64,000 nucleotides of DNA from Octopus sinensis (lineage: Eukaryota), in contig NC_043004.1 in NCBI RefSeq assembly GCF_006345805.1, forward strand, positions 27,094,001 through 27,158,000, in the 5' to 3' direction. The notes beneath the pieces were generated by a model. The model searched no databases. It was not told where the DNA came from and was given only the letters and a program-made list of their open reading frames with translations. Numbering within the stretch: position 1 is the stretch's first letter; every line of letters starts with the position of its first letter. This document shows positions 62,790-64,000 of the stretch, one piece after another. The position numbers were made by a program, and so were the translations under genes.

Positions 62790-63048
62790 TCATTTAGCTC
62801 TGTAGTAAATTTGGGAGCTGTACTTTTGTGATCCTTTCTAACAATTCACATAAGAGTCTGAAAGTTTTGATTATCTTCCAGAGTTTTGTTTTGACGAGGA
62901 GGTTTTTCCCCTCTTTCTCAAAGGCTGTCATTACTCTCGAGACAGTTCTTCTTGATGCACCAAACATTTCGGCTGTTTTCATTACACTAGCACCTGCCAT
63001 ACAAGCACCAACAATTTGACCTCTTTGAAAGTTCAATAAATCTTTCAT
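62790..63048 (-). pseudogene. Tc1-family transposase N-terminal (paired HTH) fragment
   Basis: MKDLLNFQRGQIVGACMAGASVMKTAEMFGASRRTVSRVMTAFEKEGK, then after a frameshift IVRKDHKSTAPKFTTELNDHLEN. Confidence 0.85.
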
Positions 63049-63124
63049 TTTAATGAATTTTAATTTCCTTTTTCTGATGATATCCGAAAAGAAACAGCAA
63101 TTTTAGCAAAACATATTAAGCAAC

Positions 63125-63474
63125 TTAATAGTTATCGCCATACAAATATGGCAGTCTTATAAATATAAGACTAAAGCTGTCGCTGATTAGCTCCATGAGG
63201 CCATCGCCTCAAGCTAGCTATTTGACACACAAACTGCGTCCATTATAAACCTTCGAACAGGGGAGGTCAGCCACTTCATCCTGCCAGTCAGACAGCTGCA
63301 GTCATGTTTCAGGGTATTTGCCCTTTATCAATGCAGCGTAGTTTGAAGGTTTATAATGGACACAGTTTCTGTGTCAAATAGCTAGCTTGAGGCGATGGCC
63401 TCATGGAGCTAATCAGCGACAGCTTTAGTCTTATATTTATAAGACTGCCATATTAGTATGGCGATAACTATTAA
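63125..63474. repeat. fold-back element, 134-bp arms, 82-bp spacer
   Basis: Arms 63125-63258 and 63341-63474 with few mismatches. Nested mini-hairpins gccata-caaa-tatggc and gtcttat-aaat-ataagac. Confidence 0.93.
63295..63337 (-). ncRNA. degenerate minimal hammerhead-like motif in the fold-back spacer
   Basis: GCTGCA-TTGATAA-AGGG-caaata-CCCT-GAAA-CATG-A-C-TGCAGC. Perfect 6-bp stem I and 4-bp stem II, with three core substitutions (C3U, G8A, U16.1A). Confidence 0.6.
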
Positions 63475-63652
63475 TTTCCAGTAACGCTGCCGTAATCTCC
63501 TTTAGAGAGACTTAGAAATTTTAATATTTCTAATATTAAGCAACACTAATAATAAATCAAAGAACGTAAAAATAAACAAGCTTTTGATGGTTTTATAGAT
63601 ATTTCAAAATTATGATGCTAGGTGTTTCCATTATTTTGTCCAACCCCTGTAT

Positions 63653-63761
63653 ATATGCATTTTTATTAGAGCTGCAAAAATATCACAAAAACTGTTACTC
63701 AGTTACTGTTACTGAGTAAAAGGTTTTGTGATCTTTTTGTAGCTTTAATAAAAATGCATAT
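63653..63761. repeat. imperfect ~51-bp-arm hairpin
   Basis: atatgcatttttattagagctgcaaaaatatcacaaaaactgttactcagt and its near reverse complement, 7-nt loop. Confidence 0.85.
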
Positions 63762-63833
63762 TACCCTATCTTTGGTATTCTAGTACTATTCTTTCCACCT
63801 TGTTTTGCATTTATATGCTTACTCGTGTGTATG

Positions 63834-63889
<56 letters not shown>

Positions 63890-64000
63890 CATATATGTGA
63901 AAGAAGGTTTGAAAATGCAATTTTAAAAGATGTTTATTGATTGGATAGTATTGATCGTTTCACTGCTTAATTGCTACTTATGAATAGTTTCATATTATTG

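Noticed and set aside
62780-62800. Functional Tc1 HTH / GIY-YIG fusion gene
   Set aside because: The two parts are in different frames and both carry stops or frameshifts, so nested insertion is the simpler explanation.
63074-63096. CTGATGA...GAAAC hammerhead-like words
   Set aside because: No stem II or stem I pairing.

Overview
AT-rich eukaryotic DNA, most likely from an octopod cephalopod. That assignment rests on my recognition of the SINE and RTE tail families and is not database-confirmed. I could not confidently identify any host protein-coding gene. Most listed ORFs are artefacts of (TA)n/(CA)n/(GA)n microsatellites or decayed transposon reading frames, and only a few orphan exon candidates remain. 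The window is a dense collection of mobile-element remnants: mariner (D34D), Tc1 (DD34E) and maT-type transposase fragments, hAT and TTAA MITEs, Helitron/Helentron-type non-autonomous elements, RTE and CR1-like LINE ends, a LINE ORF1 remnant, a Penelope-like GIY-YIG fragment, and several tRNA-derived SINE families. The most notable signal is a set of long fold-back palindromes and short ~200 bp units, mostly adjoining (TA)n. Four unrelated sequence families among them contain minimal type-I hammerhead-ribozyme architectures (7 motifs), the form known from Penelope-like element termini. For the 7379-7626 fold-back, comparing the two arms reconstructs a consensus CUGACGA core. Other highlights are a 47-bp minisatellite with a 3-unit higher-order repeat and a template-switch-like inversion, visible module shuffling among three SINEs, and a CpG-rich patch with splice donors on both strands. 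All alignments and counts were done by eye, and boundaries of decayed elements are approximate.
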